DNA of 64,000 bases from Raillietiella orientalis (taxonomy: Eukaryota), in assembly GCA_036172245.1 (NCBI GenBank), contig JAYWIR010000024.1, forward strand, positions 1,488,001-1,552,000, given 5' to 3'. Both the position numbers and the translations under genes were made by a program. This document shows positions 37,801 to 51,139 of the stretch, in pieces; the first letter of the stretch is position 1, and the number at the start of each line of letters is the position of its first letter. Under the pieces are notes generated by a model that had not been told where the DNA came from, searched no databases, and saw only the letters and a program-made list of their open reading frames with translations.

Positions 37801-40487
37801 GGCGGCCTCGCCTTCCAGAAGTCGCCAAGGAGACTGCCTCCTTTGCTTTTTAGAAAGAAAGGAACGATTGAAACCAAAGACTCTGCCCTTCCGTCTTTTT
37901 TTATTTACCTATTGGCCTCTCTCTTCCCTACTTTTTTAGAAGCCAGTCTGCGTGCCGGTGGTCATCTCCAATGCGCTTCGTTTTTAGGGGGGGCGGGATG
38001 GGGGGGCATCACTTGTATTTAGGGAATGTCGTCCCCCTCCCACTTGTGACCTATTTTTGAAATGAACGCTCCGGGATCACCGGGTAAAAGCTTTGCCTTC
38101 TGAAAGCGCAATTATCTGCTCCTTCATGAGGAAGGCGACAAGATGGCCACATCTCCGGCCAACAAAAGGAGGAAGTTATCAATACCCTCCAGACGCAAGG
38201 GAGAAATCTGTGATCCCTTTCTTCCCTCCCCCTTCCCCCCAAACATTTTTAATCTGAACTTTTGTAAGTGTATGTGTTTTCTTTGTTTTTGTTTACTCCT
38301 CCTCAGCGGACCTCATCGAGGAAGCTGCTCACGAGAAGCAGCTCCTCCGAGGCATTTTCCTTCGTAGTGGTCATGTGAAGCGGCTACGAAGACATTTCAT
38401 ATTTTATATCACTGTCTTTTGGAGTTTGCCTTTGGCTTCGAGTCCGCTCCCAGGACGAATGACTTTCCAACTTGTGCCTGAGGGATTTCTTCGAGCAGCC
38501 GAAGATGCAATTAAACTGTGCTGTGAAACGGACAAGCACTTTTATTCTGCATTGCACTGTTTTGTGAGACGAAGAGGACAGTGGTCCTGCATTGGTGATT
38601 TTCCTCTTCGCAAATGGAACCCTGCCTCCCTCCCACAATCCAAGATCACAAGCAATTTCAAAATGCTAGAGGTTCTCGTTTAGCGGGAGAGAAACTTCAA
38701 GGTTATACTGAATCCGCGTTATACGAGCCCTATGGGTCATACGTGGATAATATGGAAAACTTAGAATGCATTCTAAACTCTAAAACAGCAGAATATTTCT
38801 TATTTCATTTTGGAATGAAAAGAGCGGAAATCAAAAGTGTTTATTTATTGTTTAACTCCAGGTAAAAAAAAAAATTTTTTCTTGATATTCAGTTTGGCAT
38901 TCCTGTAGCCTCGGCTCTATCACTCTCGCTGTTGAAACATATGCCTTCTTGCTCTATTTTATCCACGATAGTTCCAAGGAAATACGAAGTTTAAATCTCG
39001 TGTTCGTATTGCTTCTTTTTCTCCTTAAAAAAAAAAAAAAAAAAAAAAAAACGGACCACGACATTGAAATTTACGCACCGCGTGCAGTATGAAGCTGCTT
39101 TACCGCGTTATACGAGTCCTCATCACAGGCGGATCCGCTGTGTTTGCTTTCTCCTTCCTCCAGACTTGAAACCCAGCACACTGGACCAGGTTTCGGGTTT
39201 GAAGGATCGGCCGGACTTCGGCTTCGTTGTCAGCTGCCAAGATGAAGATGCTGTTGATCGAAATGGCCTGCCGACGTCGCGTGCTCCAGCGACCACTTTT
39301 CCCTCAGTAGTCCGCGAGTTCACTGCCGTTCCTGCCGATCCAGGTGTTGCATCCTTGAGAGAGCTGCCATTCCAGCCGCCATCCTTCTTAATCTGTTCTC
39401 GGTTCACTCAGATCCGCGCCCATGCACACAGTTCAACCGCATACCTTTGCGGTCCAAACTCCCGCAGAATGGAAAATATCTGTGATGTTTCCAGGCAACT
39501 CAGAGCTGATATACCTTTCTGCTTACGTGCCCATTTCTGCAATTTCTCTCCTTCCAATCCGCCGGATCTCATTTGCGGGCTGAAAAGTGGGGCAAAAACC
39601 TAACACGCCGAGCCCAAGGGATGCTGCTTGCCTGGCCAAGGGCTCGGTGCCTGCTCAACTCTGGTTCAAGAAGACACTCTCACGATGGAATTTTGGAAGG
39701 AGAGGCAGCTTTCTGCTCTTTCGTGACCCAAGGGCCCAAGAAAGTCGAGGGATGGCTTTCCCAGGTGTTGCATCCTTCATTTCTGTCTTCTTCTCGTGCA
39801 GCTGTTCATCTCTATTCTAGTGCATACAGTTACAGTGTTGTGTGGTGCGCTTCCTAACTAACACTGTTTTGAGGGGGTGGGGAGGGGGGACCGTGAAGGT
39901 TTGCTCTTTACTTAAGTCTTGACAGACGTGATGGACAGTCGTCGGTTCTGGTCTTTTGCTGCCCTACACAAACAGCTGATCGTGCACGAAAGGCAGGCAC
40001 GGAACGACGCGCCAGGCTGCGTCGCTGGTGCCACGAATCCAACGGCTTGTAGGTTCCACATTCGGTTCGTAGAGCCAGCCGCTCGCGCACTGCTTACGTT
40101 TCCGGAGATTCGATTCACTTGGATTCGATGGAACGAAATGCCGATTGCGAAAGTGTTTGTGTCGATTTTTCGTTATCGCAGGTTACGACACCGGTTCTCG
40201 TAGAAACGAGCACGGAACAGCGCCGCCAGATGTCAGGCGGAAACATCGGAAGGCAAATATCGGAGGAAGGGACGGGGGGAGGGAACAGAAGTGTTGCTAG
40301 GAGGAAAATATTTTGAAGTCGTCCTTACAGCCAGGCAGGGGATCGCTGGCTGCTGCCGCTGAGTCAATGAATGGGAATGAGTCAACAGTTCCAGTGACTA
40401 AGGAGGAAAAAACATGACGGGGCGTGTCAACTGGGTTGGTTCGGGAAAACACGGGCTTGGTGCTCTAGCGGCTGCTGTCGGAACGGA

Positions 40488-40800
40488 GATTTCTCACCCG
40501 GTCACTCCGGGGCGTTTATTCCATGTAAACACATATATTACATAAAATAAACCAGTTGGGAACAAAGTTTTCAACCGACGACTGGACAGGAACGAGGGAG
40601 AATTCCCCTGGCACGCAGGCCGGAATTGCAATACGCAACGGTGTGAGGGATCGGGAAGAACAAACAAAAAAAGAGCATAACGTAGGGAGGGACGGGACAA
40701 GCGTCTTTGGGATCGCTCCCGAAGGCACCGGGATACGAACACTGGCACCGAGAATTCAACGGAGTGAACGGGGATGGAACATAGGTGGCGAGGGGTCACC
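40488..40800 (-). mobile_element. Isolated 3' end (UTR and terminal hairpin) of the same retrotransposon family
   Basis: Minus strand reads AATAAACGCCCCGGAGTGACCGGGTGAGAAATC (40520-40488), preceded by a T-rich UTR-like stretch as in the other copies. Confidence 0.55.
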
Positions 40801-41829
40801 GGAGTACACCGTTCTTAAACGTCTGTGTACCGGCGATGGATGCCGCCGATATTCTCCTTCACCTCGTCATGAAGGTGAGACCACCTTGCGGCCTTCTCCA
40901 TGGATTCAGCTGCAATTCAGCTGAACGGTGGGGGAGATCGATCCCTCTGGGCGCGGGATGAAGGGAGCACCGATATGCAGGTGTCTCCGGCAGCAGCGGA
41001 ATCGCAGACATCTGGAAGACTGGACTCATTCCATGAGGACACGAATTCGGCGCTGCTGTAGGGCGTTCTGAAAATTCAAGAAGCGCCTCCCGTGGTTCTG
41101 TCCGAGAGTGCGGATCAGGACAGCTCTCGCCACATGGGGGCAAAAAAAAACTCAAGGTCAGCACGGTTGCCAAGGAATGACCAAAGGAGCTCGCCAAAAA
41201 TTGCAAGTGCGATGCTCTGCGAGACCCCAACGAAACTTAGGGACGTCGGTTTGAAAGGAGGTACCTCGATGGAGCTGCATTCCAGAGACGAAGACAGCAG
41301 GCAGCAGCAAGGCGTCCGACCGAACCATTCGAGAGAGCCAGAACCGGGTGTTGGCTCTTGGAGACTCGGAAACGGTTCCCAAGCCGGAAAGAGGCTTCAT
41401 AGATCGGGATGCTTCGAGAAGCGAACTGGAAACTTCGCTTCCGGAAATCGCAAAAATGTTTGGCGTGCGAGCCCTGCAGAAGCCTCTTGAGGAAAGAGCG
41501 TTAAGTCTTCCGCGAGCATAGTTCGCAGAAGATGGTGACCAGCAGGCCAGCCAGGGCTCGGGGTCGACTCCCTGCTTCCATCGGACTGGGCGCGTCAGGG
41601 TGTGTGGTCGTGATAGGTGCTCCCCCGGAGGCTCTCTGTCGCGTTGAAAGGGAGCTACGCAAGCAGAGCGGACCCAGACGAATTCCAGACTCGGTACGGG
41701 CAATCGCCGCAGAATTCTGGACCCCCGGTAAAGGGTGAGGCGTTGCGGCAATTGGGAGCCGGGAAGAACACGTCAGGAAGGAGACGGTGGGGTGTTCCAG
41801 CCTTCAGCTCTCTCAAGATCGCGCTGGCT

Positions 41830-42490
41830 GGAGCGTGGCTGCTGCCTCCGAGCACGTAGCTCCAAGCTTCGCGGGTTCGAATCCCCGCGTGGAGGATCAA
41901 TGCCGAGAACGAGGGGTGCGTCGTGGGTTTGGATTCCCTCTTGCAAGATGGCGCTGGTTGGCCTGTAGACTTCAGGTGCAGCCCTGGTGGACGCCGAATG
42001 CCCCCGATGACTGGCCGAGATAGGAAGTTGACCCTCCAGGGTCCTTCCAGGAGTCAAGGAGCCGTTTTTCTCCTGTTGATAAAACTGAGTTGTCCCTTCA
42101 CTCGGAGGGAGGGATCCTCCATCACGTACCATGGAGCTGGTTGATAACCCCTTCGGGGGTTGCCTCTCAGAGTGTCAGAAGCCCGCTGCTCCCTTCTGAG
42201 AGCGGAGTTTTAGAGAAATTCGGAAGCGTCCATACGGAGTTTCCTACCCAGCGTAAGAGGAACGGACTCCCTTCTCCGGAGCCTTCCTGGATTCACAGAG
42301 TGGTTTCAACGGGGTCAATGCCTAACTGGAAAAGTGACACGTCCCCTCGAGTGGCGTGGACGGTGCTTAAAGAGTTTCGTGGGGCCCCCTACGGGGGCAA
42401 ACGGTTCTTCAGCACTTGGCGAACCAAAAAAAAGAAAAGTTGGAAGGAAAGTAGCGAAAAGAGAAGAACCACAAAGGATTTCCATCACTG
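41830..42490 (+). mobile_element. Long SINE-like repeat (family A), internally deleted
   Basis: Canonical B box GGTTCGAATCC at 41874-41884, second motif GGGTTTGGATTCCC at ~41925, conserved GTGACACGTCCCCTCGAGTGGCGTGGAC block, and an A-rich tail matching 19190-19250. Confidence 0.72.
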
Positions 42491-44810
42491 ATCCACTGGA
42501 ATACCCGTAAGTTTAATCTACCCGAAGCTTTGGCTGGGTCAACGGTCGTGAAGAAGTGATCCTCCGCACGTCGAAGGAGCAATTCGTGGACTGTAACAGT
42601 CGAATCATCTCTTCCTCCTTCCTTCCTCGCCTGCTGTGGCTGGCCGGCAGCGTTTCTAAGTTTCATGAGGACCACCTTAGAGTCCCGCCGCCTCGTTTCC
42701 TTCGGAATCCCCCACTGGCGACCTCGTGAGGCCGCATTCCCGGCACTGCGATGGTCGTGCTGCTGCTTCCCCGTAAACCGACGGGAGGTCAAGTGCGCTC
42801 ATCGGCGCTTCGCTGAAGAGAGCGGCGAAAGGAGGTCAGGATGAAGAATGAGTCGGCTAGGCCGCTCTCACCTCGAGCAGCCTCCTATTCCTTCTCTCTG
42901 CTTTCCTTGTTCGGTCATTTGCTGTCCCCTTCCCCTTCGCGCTGGTCTCTGCGAGTGGCTGACCTGCTATTCGGGCACTCGCAAAGACTTTTGCGAGTGG
43001 CTGCTTCCCAAATGAAGTCTCTCTTCCAGTAGGAACCCGAATCCCTGCTGCCGAATGTTTGCCGTTGCCTTTCAGCGATAAGCACCCCGGAGTAACCTCC
43101 TCATCCCGGTTCGCTGGACTATTCCTTCAAAATAAATAAATAAAATTTGTATCGTTAGAAGAAGACCGACATGAGTCGGCCCGAAACCAAAGAAACTAAG
43201 GACAGGACTAGGGAAGAAGGAAGGGAATGAATGAGCAAACAATAGGGATGGAATAGGTCCACCCACCCATCGTTTGTGGTTGCACCTCATACCCCGGACT
43301 GGGAACCCTGCCGTTACCCTTCGCACGTGGTCGATGGCGATTGCAAACGGCTACCCGGGAAGACGGTCACATTATTGCTCCTTATTGACAATCGCCGTTG
43401 GCCCACTCAGCCAGGACTGCTTCTCCTACTGAAAAAGGATTAAAAACTTTCAATCTGCTTTCAAAGAAACCGATTCACTTGGAATAGGAGAGGTCAAAAG
43501 CCATTTCTGACCATCTGCATCTTCAAGGCAGGAAGATATAATTGCGAGCGAGCGCGCAACCGTCAAGGAAAAAGAATCGGAGCCTAAAGGATTGAAATTG
43601 ACGGTGACGATGATCTTCGTTTCATTCTTTCATAGCGCTATCTGCAGTTAACTTGAGTTACAAGACATTCATGACGTCATCCCCCCCCCCCCTCTTGCGC
43701 AGAAAAAGATGAACTGTGAAGCGATTGGGAGGGCGAACGACAAAGCAACGCATTTAGCCTCTTTGTCTGAGTCCTGAATCCATCCGAGCTCTGCACGAAA
43801 TCGAATTTCAGGATTTCTGGAAGGGGACCCTCAGCGGATCTGCATTCCTGGACCTATTCTCGCGCTTGGATGTCAAAGTTTTTGATGTGATCTTCGGGAC
43901 TGCTCTCTCCACGATGTGCTCATACCAAGTCGTCACTCCCCTTGCTTGACCAGCACCCACTCGACCTACGCCACCACCAGTTTGCAGAACTAGTAGAACG
44001 ATGATAGAAGCACGTCCACAGCCAGAAAGTTTGGAGCAGCTGACTCACGATTCCAGTAGAACAGGTCAATTTTTAAGTGAATATTTTCCAGGCGCCTTTT
44101 CCAGAAGCACTGGGCAAGGTTGCTGCTGGCATCCATCCACCCTCCTCTCCGAGAATCGCCCTCTCTTGAGGTGATACTTGCTCTCGAACACGCGAGATGT
44201 CTTCTACTGATTCATCCCTGACTCACGGAAGTATCTGGCGAGAGGAGGATCGCCCGTGTCGCATTCCAAAGCTGTTGAGGTGGCACGAGATGTCGTAATG
44301 CTTATTTCCGACACGAAATTCTTGATTCATCCAGGGGGTTTTTTTTTGGATTTTTCCCCCCACCATTCTCACTGCTGCCTTCTCCACAACACCGGAATTC
44401 TTGTGAGGAATTGGAATCATCAATGGTCCGCTCCGGGGATCACTCATCTTTCACAAGTGCAAACTAAAATCTCATTATGCCTTTCCATCAACCTCGACGT
44501 TTGAGATTTGTGCGCCTTTTCATGTGCCTCTTACATCCTGCAGCGCTGGCACCACCCTTCAGTTCATCTTTCTTTGACTCCCACTGCTCTCATCTCCGTT
44601 TCGCAAAGGGATGCCTTCGGAAGGCTGAGGAGGCTCTTGATCCGCTCCTCGATGGCAAGTTCGGCTTGCCGGAATAGGCTGCCGTCTGGAACACCTTCGT
44701 CGCCCCCCGCCTCCTCTGTCCCTTGCTTTTTGTTAACTCGATCCCCTATTCGACGGACGTCCGTGCGCAGCCGTCTCCTTGGAAAATTCCTGTGGGGCGC
44801 TGCAAAGTCC

Positions 44811-45418
44811 CGGAGCCACTTCTTGAGATGCAGGAAGGAAGGCGCAAAAGGTCCCATTTGAATTTCTCGATTGTCTGGAATGTGCGGACACGGCAGTGTG
44901 TGGGACTTTATGGAGGGTGGAGCCACCATCACTTCGCAAGTCCACTGTATAGGAACACTTTCCAAACTGCGGCTCGCCATTCAGAGCCGACGGCGTGAAA
45001 TGCTGGGATCCGGAATTTTCTTCTCCTTCACGACAACGAGCGTCTTGGCAACACGTGCTGCCAGTACATTGCAGACCATTCAGAAAATCAAAAGGGAACT
45101 TTTTGATCGCCCACCTTATAGTCCTGACCAGTGACTACCGTCTTCCTTCCTGCACCTCAAGAAGTGGCTCAACGACTCGACGAAAGGGAGGAGTGAAAAT
45201 CTGCAGTGCTGAATTGACTGAACTCCCAGACGGCGGAATTTTATGCAAAGAATCTAAAAAAGCTTGCTGCATGGTATCGAAAGTGTTTGAAAGAAAAATG
45301 GCGACAACGTAGAAGAAAGACATGGAGATGCACGTGCTTAGAACCACCAATACATTTGTGTTTCCTTTGTTTTTTTCTTTATATTTGATCAGCCTTTACT
45401 TTTGAGAGGCGCCTCGTA
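44811..45418 (+). mobile_element. Second mariner-derived element of the same family as 23167-24055, left arm truncated
   Basis: CTCCTTCACGACAAC (LLHDN), PPYSPD, CTTCCTTCCTGCACCTCAAGAAGTGGCTC, terminal TACTTTTGAGAGGCGCCTCGTA at 45418. A short inverted piece GAGCCACTTCTTGAGATGCAGGAAGGAAG sits at ~44813. Confidence 0.8.
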
Positions 45419-45419
45419 C

Positions 45420-46400
45420 TTTGGCCTTTGAGTTCTTGTCGCAACCTCGCATTAGGAGATGTTCTGCAGGACTCGACGAAGTCTGCTCGCTTGGACAAAA
45501 CGCCACCTTTCCGCAGCGCTGTCTGCCATCAGGACAAGCAGCGACAGGTGCCAGCCAGCGGGGTGGGCGTTTTTCTTTATCATTGCAGAAGTGACCAAAC
45601 TCCAGAGCAGCTGGACGACGAGCAAGCTGGCGTTCTCCGGCTTGCCCGTCGTCCACGTTGGCAAGCGAAAAGACTATCTCGGTGGAGCAAACTGCTGAGT
45701 ATGTTCCCGAAGAACCTGTGGTCCCTCCTCCGTGCGTGGATACCTCGGTGTTCTTTTTGAGCTAGGAGCTCGAGGTGGTGCTGTCTCTGCACTGGAGGGT
45801 TTCCGTGCAACCAGAACCGCCGCCTCGCCTCCGGCGAAATCGCCTCCACGAGCTGCTCCAGGCGCCGGACGATCCGATCGTTCCCGCACCTGCTTTCGGA
45901 CACAGGTGTCCCACAGCAACTGCGGCACAGGCTGGCTTTAGAGATTCTGCACCAGGAGGATACCGTCGAGGACCTGCCGCGGTGATTCTTCGTGCGCGGC
46001 GGACTCTCGGAGCAACACGTTGCCTCCGCGCCACCGTCACATTCCTCCATATGCCGGAGTGTCGGACGCACCGAAGGGTGGTCACCCTCCGCCATGAAAG
46101 GCGGCACTGTGCCGCGCACAAAGAGACGATGTCTCTGGCTTGTCTACCGGTAGTCGAGTGAGGCATCGCAGAACGTTTTTAGAGGAGGGCAACACGATTC
46201 GCTCACCAACAGGTGCGGGAAGGATCCCACTGGACCGTACCTGACACAGTTCAGGGTACACTTGCCCCACTAGAAGCCACCTTGGGTGTGGCAGGAGCCG
46301 TCTTCTTTTTGCAGCTGGAGGAATCCAGAAGTTGGGCGACGCTGTGGCTGGAAGAAACTGGCGAATCCAAGGACCCAAGCCGTCGCGTGAAAGTTCGCTG
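45420..46400 (-). mobile_element. Decayed repeat homologous to 8370-8800 (probable LINE ORF2 segment)
   Basis: Translation RIVRRLEQLVEAISPEARRRFWLHGNPPVQRQHHLELLAQKEHRGI versus RIVQRLRQLVEVTHQEARRRRRLHGSLSAQKQHHLVLSSRWEHRGV at ~8596. Confidence 0.6.
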
Positions 46401-46879
46401 ATGGCGGAAGACACGAGAGGACAGATGAAGAGGAAAGAGAGATCTGTTTTGGTGCATGTGAGATGTTGAGAGACACCAGCTCACTCTCCCACGCGTCCGA
46501 AGCAAGCATCCCTCAATTGTCCTTTCGATTTTAGGAAGGATGGTTATTTTTAGAGTACTTCCTTTCAGAAGGATTGATTGCATATACGTCGCCACGGGCT
46601 GAACTCGGAGCTGATGCTGTTCCCTCTTTTCTTTTTTTCGAATGACCGGATGACTAGTCCCTCAAAAGAAAGTGTGAATGTGTGGTTCCTTTGAACGAAC
46701 GTGGAGGAGGACTCTTTGAACCCTCGCACGAGCACGGTCAAAAGGATTCCCTACTCATGAGCCGTCCGGCACCGTGGAACGGGAATCGGAAACGAGTCTG
46801 CTGGTGCTGAGCAAACTACAGCAAGTTCTATTACCCTTTGCCGGGGCATTTATTATAAAATTATAATAAAAGTCAAAAT

Positions 46880-48180
46880 TTACAATATCTTGGTAGAACA
46901 CTTGGTTCTGTCACATGCGAAGAACTAGTCACCACCGGTACGCAGACCGGCTGGGTCCATCCCGCTGCAAAGGGAGAGGACAAACCCCAACAAACAAACA
47001 AAAGCAAACCGAGAACCTCCTAAAGGCCCTTTGGGATACAGAGAGGTCCCGTGTCCGATTGAAAGACTTGTGTGCTCCGCGAAAGCAAAGTGGACTAGGT
47101 CTCCTTACTCTGGAGCCGATAAACCGTCAGCTCTAAAGCAGAAGACTCGCCCTTGGGGCAACATTATGGACCACGCCTTGATGCGCGCCTGCACGCCTCC
47201 TCGCCAGAAGAGCAACCGGCTGCGAGGGACGTTCTTCGGGCCTCGTAGCCAACCACACCAGCTGGAGGCAATGTGGCCTTCAGCTGCGTGAAGTGCTTGC
47301 CTTGGTGCAGAACACCTGCATCTCCTGCGTGCTCGCGAATCGCACTGCCTGGCTCCAGGAGTCAAGTTTCCTCATGCGGAAACATCGAGCCAAGCGGAAT
47401 ACGCCTGCTTCCGCAAAGGACGGCACGCTCGACAGCCACTGCAAGAGATCGTGTGCAGCCCACGCAAGCTGCTCTGGGCACCGTTCTTGCCCCAGGACTG
47501 CGGGCCCTTCCTAAGGGAATCAAGGGATAGCAACCTTCCGGAAAGGTGGGAAGTGAACTGCAGCATTGCAGGAAACAAAGAATGCTAAGTGCGTGCACAA
47601 CTCAGCAGGTCACGGTCGCTGCGACCCCGAGTGTCCCATCGAAAGCACTGTCACGCTAAGGCGAGCTGCTCGCAATACTTCCGGAAGAGATGAAGCAGCC
47701 CCCAGCGTGTTGGAATCGTAGCATACCCCCCCCCTCCTCCCCGTCGAGTGTCGGGGATCGGCGCTGCAGATGTTGCATGAGCGAATCCCGTGCAAAGCGC
47801 GCCTTCACCACTGGATACACGGGGGAGCGTAGACGCTCAGATGTGGGAAGAAGGAGATCCTCCCGCACCTGCTGGTGGACTGTCCGTCTCCTTTGGGATC
47901 GTCTCTCGATGATCCTAGGAACTCCTAGGAAGGCGAACCCAGGGACTTATTTCGACGCCTCTTCATGCGTGCCGCTCTGCCGCCAGCCTCGTCCTTAGCA
48001 GTTCTCTGCTGCATCCGCGGAATCGTGGCGGCGTGGAAGGCCAGTAGAAGCGGCCTAAGTGGAAGGGACGCCATCCACTGGGCGAGAATCTTCTTGAAGA
48101 CCGCCTCGAGATGGCCCCACTTGGACGAGACACGGACAGAACTTGCCAGCATCCTGAGCAGGATGAAAAGGATGGGTCCC
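46880..48180 (+). mobile_element. Decayed L1/Tx1-like retrotransposon 3' portion with an inverted 3'-UTR piece at its 5' side
   Basis: From ~47007: LLKALWDTERSRVRLKDLCAPRKQSGLGLL, later HLLVD (~47866) and TASRWPHLDETRTELASIL. 46929-47000 (GTCACCACCGGTACGCAGACCGG) resembles 11802-11880, i.e. the minus-orientation 3' UTR. Confidence 0.8.
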
Positions 48181-51139
48181 GGCATATTGATTCCTTCCCC
48201 TTCTTCCCCTCCTCAGCAAGTAGAACTCTGGAAGTCTTCAGTTCCCCTTCCGCCCAAAGAGTTCGAGCTGGAAACCGCAGCGGTTGTGCAGCTGGTGCGC
48301 TCTGTGTTCGCTGAACTGCTCCGGCGGCCACAGGGAGCTGCAAGAGGAGGTGAGAACGATACAACGGCAGCAGTGCCTGAAAAGAAGCAGAGTGGAGAGA
48401 GATGTCGCGCCACCGGTTCGCCTACGTTATCTGGACCGTCGTCCAAGCAAGCGAATAGCCAGTGATCACTTCAGAGAAGCACATCCGATTTTCGGATCGT
48501 AAGTTTAACCAGACTACCCGGCTCGATGTCCTCGTGGACAGGGGCAAAGGTCAGACGAGGTTATGTTAGGATAGAAAATTATTGGTCCTGTCCTGGTTTA
48601 AGCATGAATGCCTAAGATTGGGGCAAGGATTTGTTCATTGGCCAATTGAGGCTTCTTAGGGCAGGTCGCCTACAAGGCTCGAAACCCTTCCGGGTCACCT
48701 GACACCGGACCGAGCTTCGAACTTCGGCGGGGCTGCGGGCTGGTGGTCTTCTGGTACGGCCCGGCTGCGCGACCGTGATTAAGCGGGACTTCCCGACAAG
48801 TGCGCCCAGATAGCAGATGTTCCGATTGTGCTGGAAGTTGGACGGCACCATCGTAGCCGTCGGCCAAGACACGTTCGACGCGGCCGTTGCGAGTCCGCAA
48901 TCCTCGGCGCAGCCTCGCTCCGCCCTCCCTGATCACCGGCAAGAAGCCGTGGCCACATGCTCGACCACAAAGAGGCCCCAGCCATCTCCCCGATCGGAGC
49001 AGCGGACCTCGGATCGCCCGTGCCACCGCCGAAGATGCTGCGTCTAGGATGAGGTGCCGAGTCGGAGTCGCCCAGCGGCGCGCTCCACAACCGTCCGAAG
49101 GCACCGACGCAAGGGGTCTCTTGTGAGCGTCGCCGCCAGCCCCTCGGGAGCACCCATGGGGCGCTGGGAATGCTCGGGAAAGGAGGCGGACCCGAGGCGG
49201 AGGCCTCGCTGCGGCCCTGCGGATGGCGGGCGCTGCGGCGGCCGTCCGAAGAGGTGAGCTGGCGATCCCACGGCTGCACCTCGCTGAAGCGGGGCATCTG
49301 GCGGTTGCCCCCGGCAACCGGAGCAGCCACTCTATCGATGAAGGGGCCTCCCGAACCACCGGCGACGGAGGAGGGCTGGCGCCGAGCGACGCGGGCCCAG
49401 GCCCTGAGATTTTTGCAAGTTGCGCCACAGCTCCGTGCGGACTGTGGTTCAGAAGCGCGTCGCTCCAAACTATCAGAGATCTCCTGGCTGCTTGTAGCTG
49501 CTTGCGATCTGTCAGGGAAAGGGGAAGGAGGGTGCTGGAGGGGGCAGGCGATCGGAAGGAGAGGCGCTCGATGGAAATGGGTGGATGTCTGCTGCACCAA
49601 TCCAAGGAATTGCAGCTGAGCACGATGGACCACGAATCGCGTGCTTCCGTTTGGTGCTGGTTGGTGGCAGCTACTGGTGCCTCTTTAGCACAGCGCTCTG
49701 CAGAGTGCGCCGCAAGGAGGAGGACGAGGAGGAGGAGATGAAGGAGAGCAGGCAAGTATCACCCCTGAGGACGCACTGGATGCTGAGACGACCACCCTTC
49801 GGTGCACGTGCGTGCCTCTCGCCCGCATGCGCGATGTCGATGCGTCGCCGGGAGCCAGGACACCTTGTCGAGGTTCCCGGGGTCCTTCGAGGTCCTTGTG
49901 CGGTGGCTGGCTCCACTGGAGCACCGTTGCGAGGTGCGCAAACGTACCGCTCTGCTTCTGAAGTCCACCATTCCAAGCGCTGGTTCAGTGGACTGGTAAG
50001 GCAGAGTTCCTCCATACCTGGAAATCTTGGAAGGGTATCCTTTGTTCAAGGAATGGGAACAGAGACGGGGGGAGGAGAGGAATCGGAAGCGAAGAATAAA
50101 TGACTTATTAGGTTTCAATCCCGGGTAGGTGCGTCCAGTAGGAGTTCACCAAAGACAGTGATAGCTCAAAGACCTAGAACAGACGGAAAGCGACGCTGGA
50201 CAGGCCGGACGCAGTGTTGGACGCAACAACCAGGGAGATTGCCTTTCCCCCAAACTGTGGATTGGTCGAAAGCGTCCTCAAAGGGCCAGGGCCACCTTGC
50301 TTTTCTGCTTCTGCTCTCCGGCAAGTTGCAGGCCCACTCAGAAATCCTTTTCTGTTGGGCGGGAGGCTGGGGCACGGCACCGACAGGCTGCATGCTCGGG
50401 CGTCTTCTGCGCTTCCAGACTGCACACCTTCGGCTCGTCTTCTCCGCATCTGCGCATGCAGCCTCCTCATGAACGGAGGAGAAGATTACCGAGACGAATG
50501 GTTTCACGGGAATTCCTCTTTGTTGACGAACTTATCTCCAGCTTGAGGGTGGCTGTGGGTTTCAGGAGACAGCGTTCCCCAGGAGGAAAGCGTTCCAGAC
50601 TTTGCACGGCGATGAGCACGTCTGGAACACTCCCACCATCCTCCCAAATCGGGTTTTCAGACCGTGGTTTTTTGGAAACGATGATCGCTCGGTGTCGTTT
50701 CGTCACCTTCCCTGGATGGTCTCAGGTGGCCCTCGCTTCTGACCGAGTCGGGGAGTCCCTTTCGTCGCATGCAGCCACGTGGATCTCCTGAGGAACACGA
50801 AGAAGACTGAAGATCCAAGGACCTGCCCATGCATCAGTATTGAAAAGGGAGATGCAGACAGAGGGAGGACGTTTCACCACACTCCTACGCCCATGCCTCA
50901 GCTCTTGAACCACCTGCTCCTACCATTTCCGAGTGTCCTTTCATTACGGGCAAAGACCCTGCCCATGTTCGCAACAAGAATCTCGGGAGTGTTGGATGTT
51001 CGAGCACGACATTTCTTTCTCTTCTGGCGTGCTCCTCGCATTTATCAGGACTTTCAGTTCCCTCGACTCTTCGACATTTTTCGGATTCCAAGAATCCGGA
51101 GGTCCAACCACAACGGCTCTTTCTTTGGAGGGCACTCTT

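Noticed and set aside
41830..41900. tRNA gene (GGTTCGAATCC)
   Set aside because: No convincing cloverleaf could be folded, and the motif is the head of a dispersed repeat present in four diverged copies.
48670..49755. 361-aa ORF with a signal-peptide-like start
   Set aside because: The hydrophobic start derives from a (CCT)n simple repeat, and the remainder is low-information GC-rich translation.
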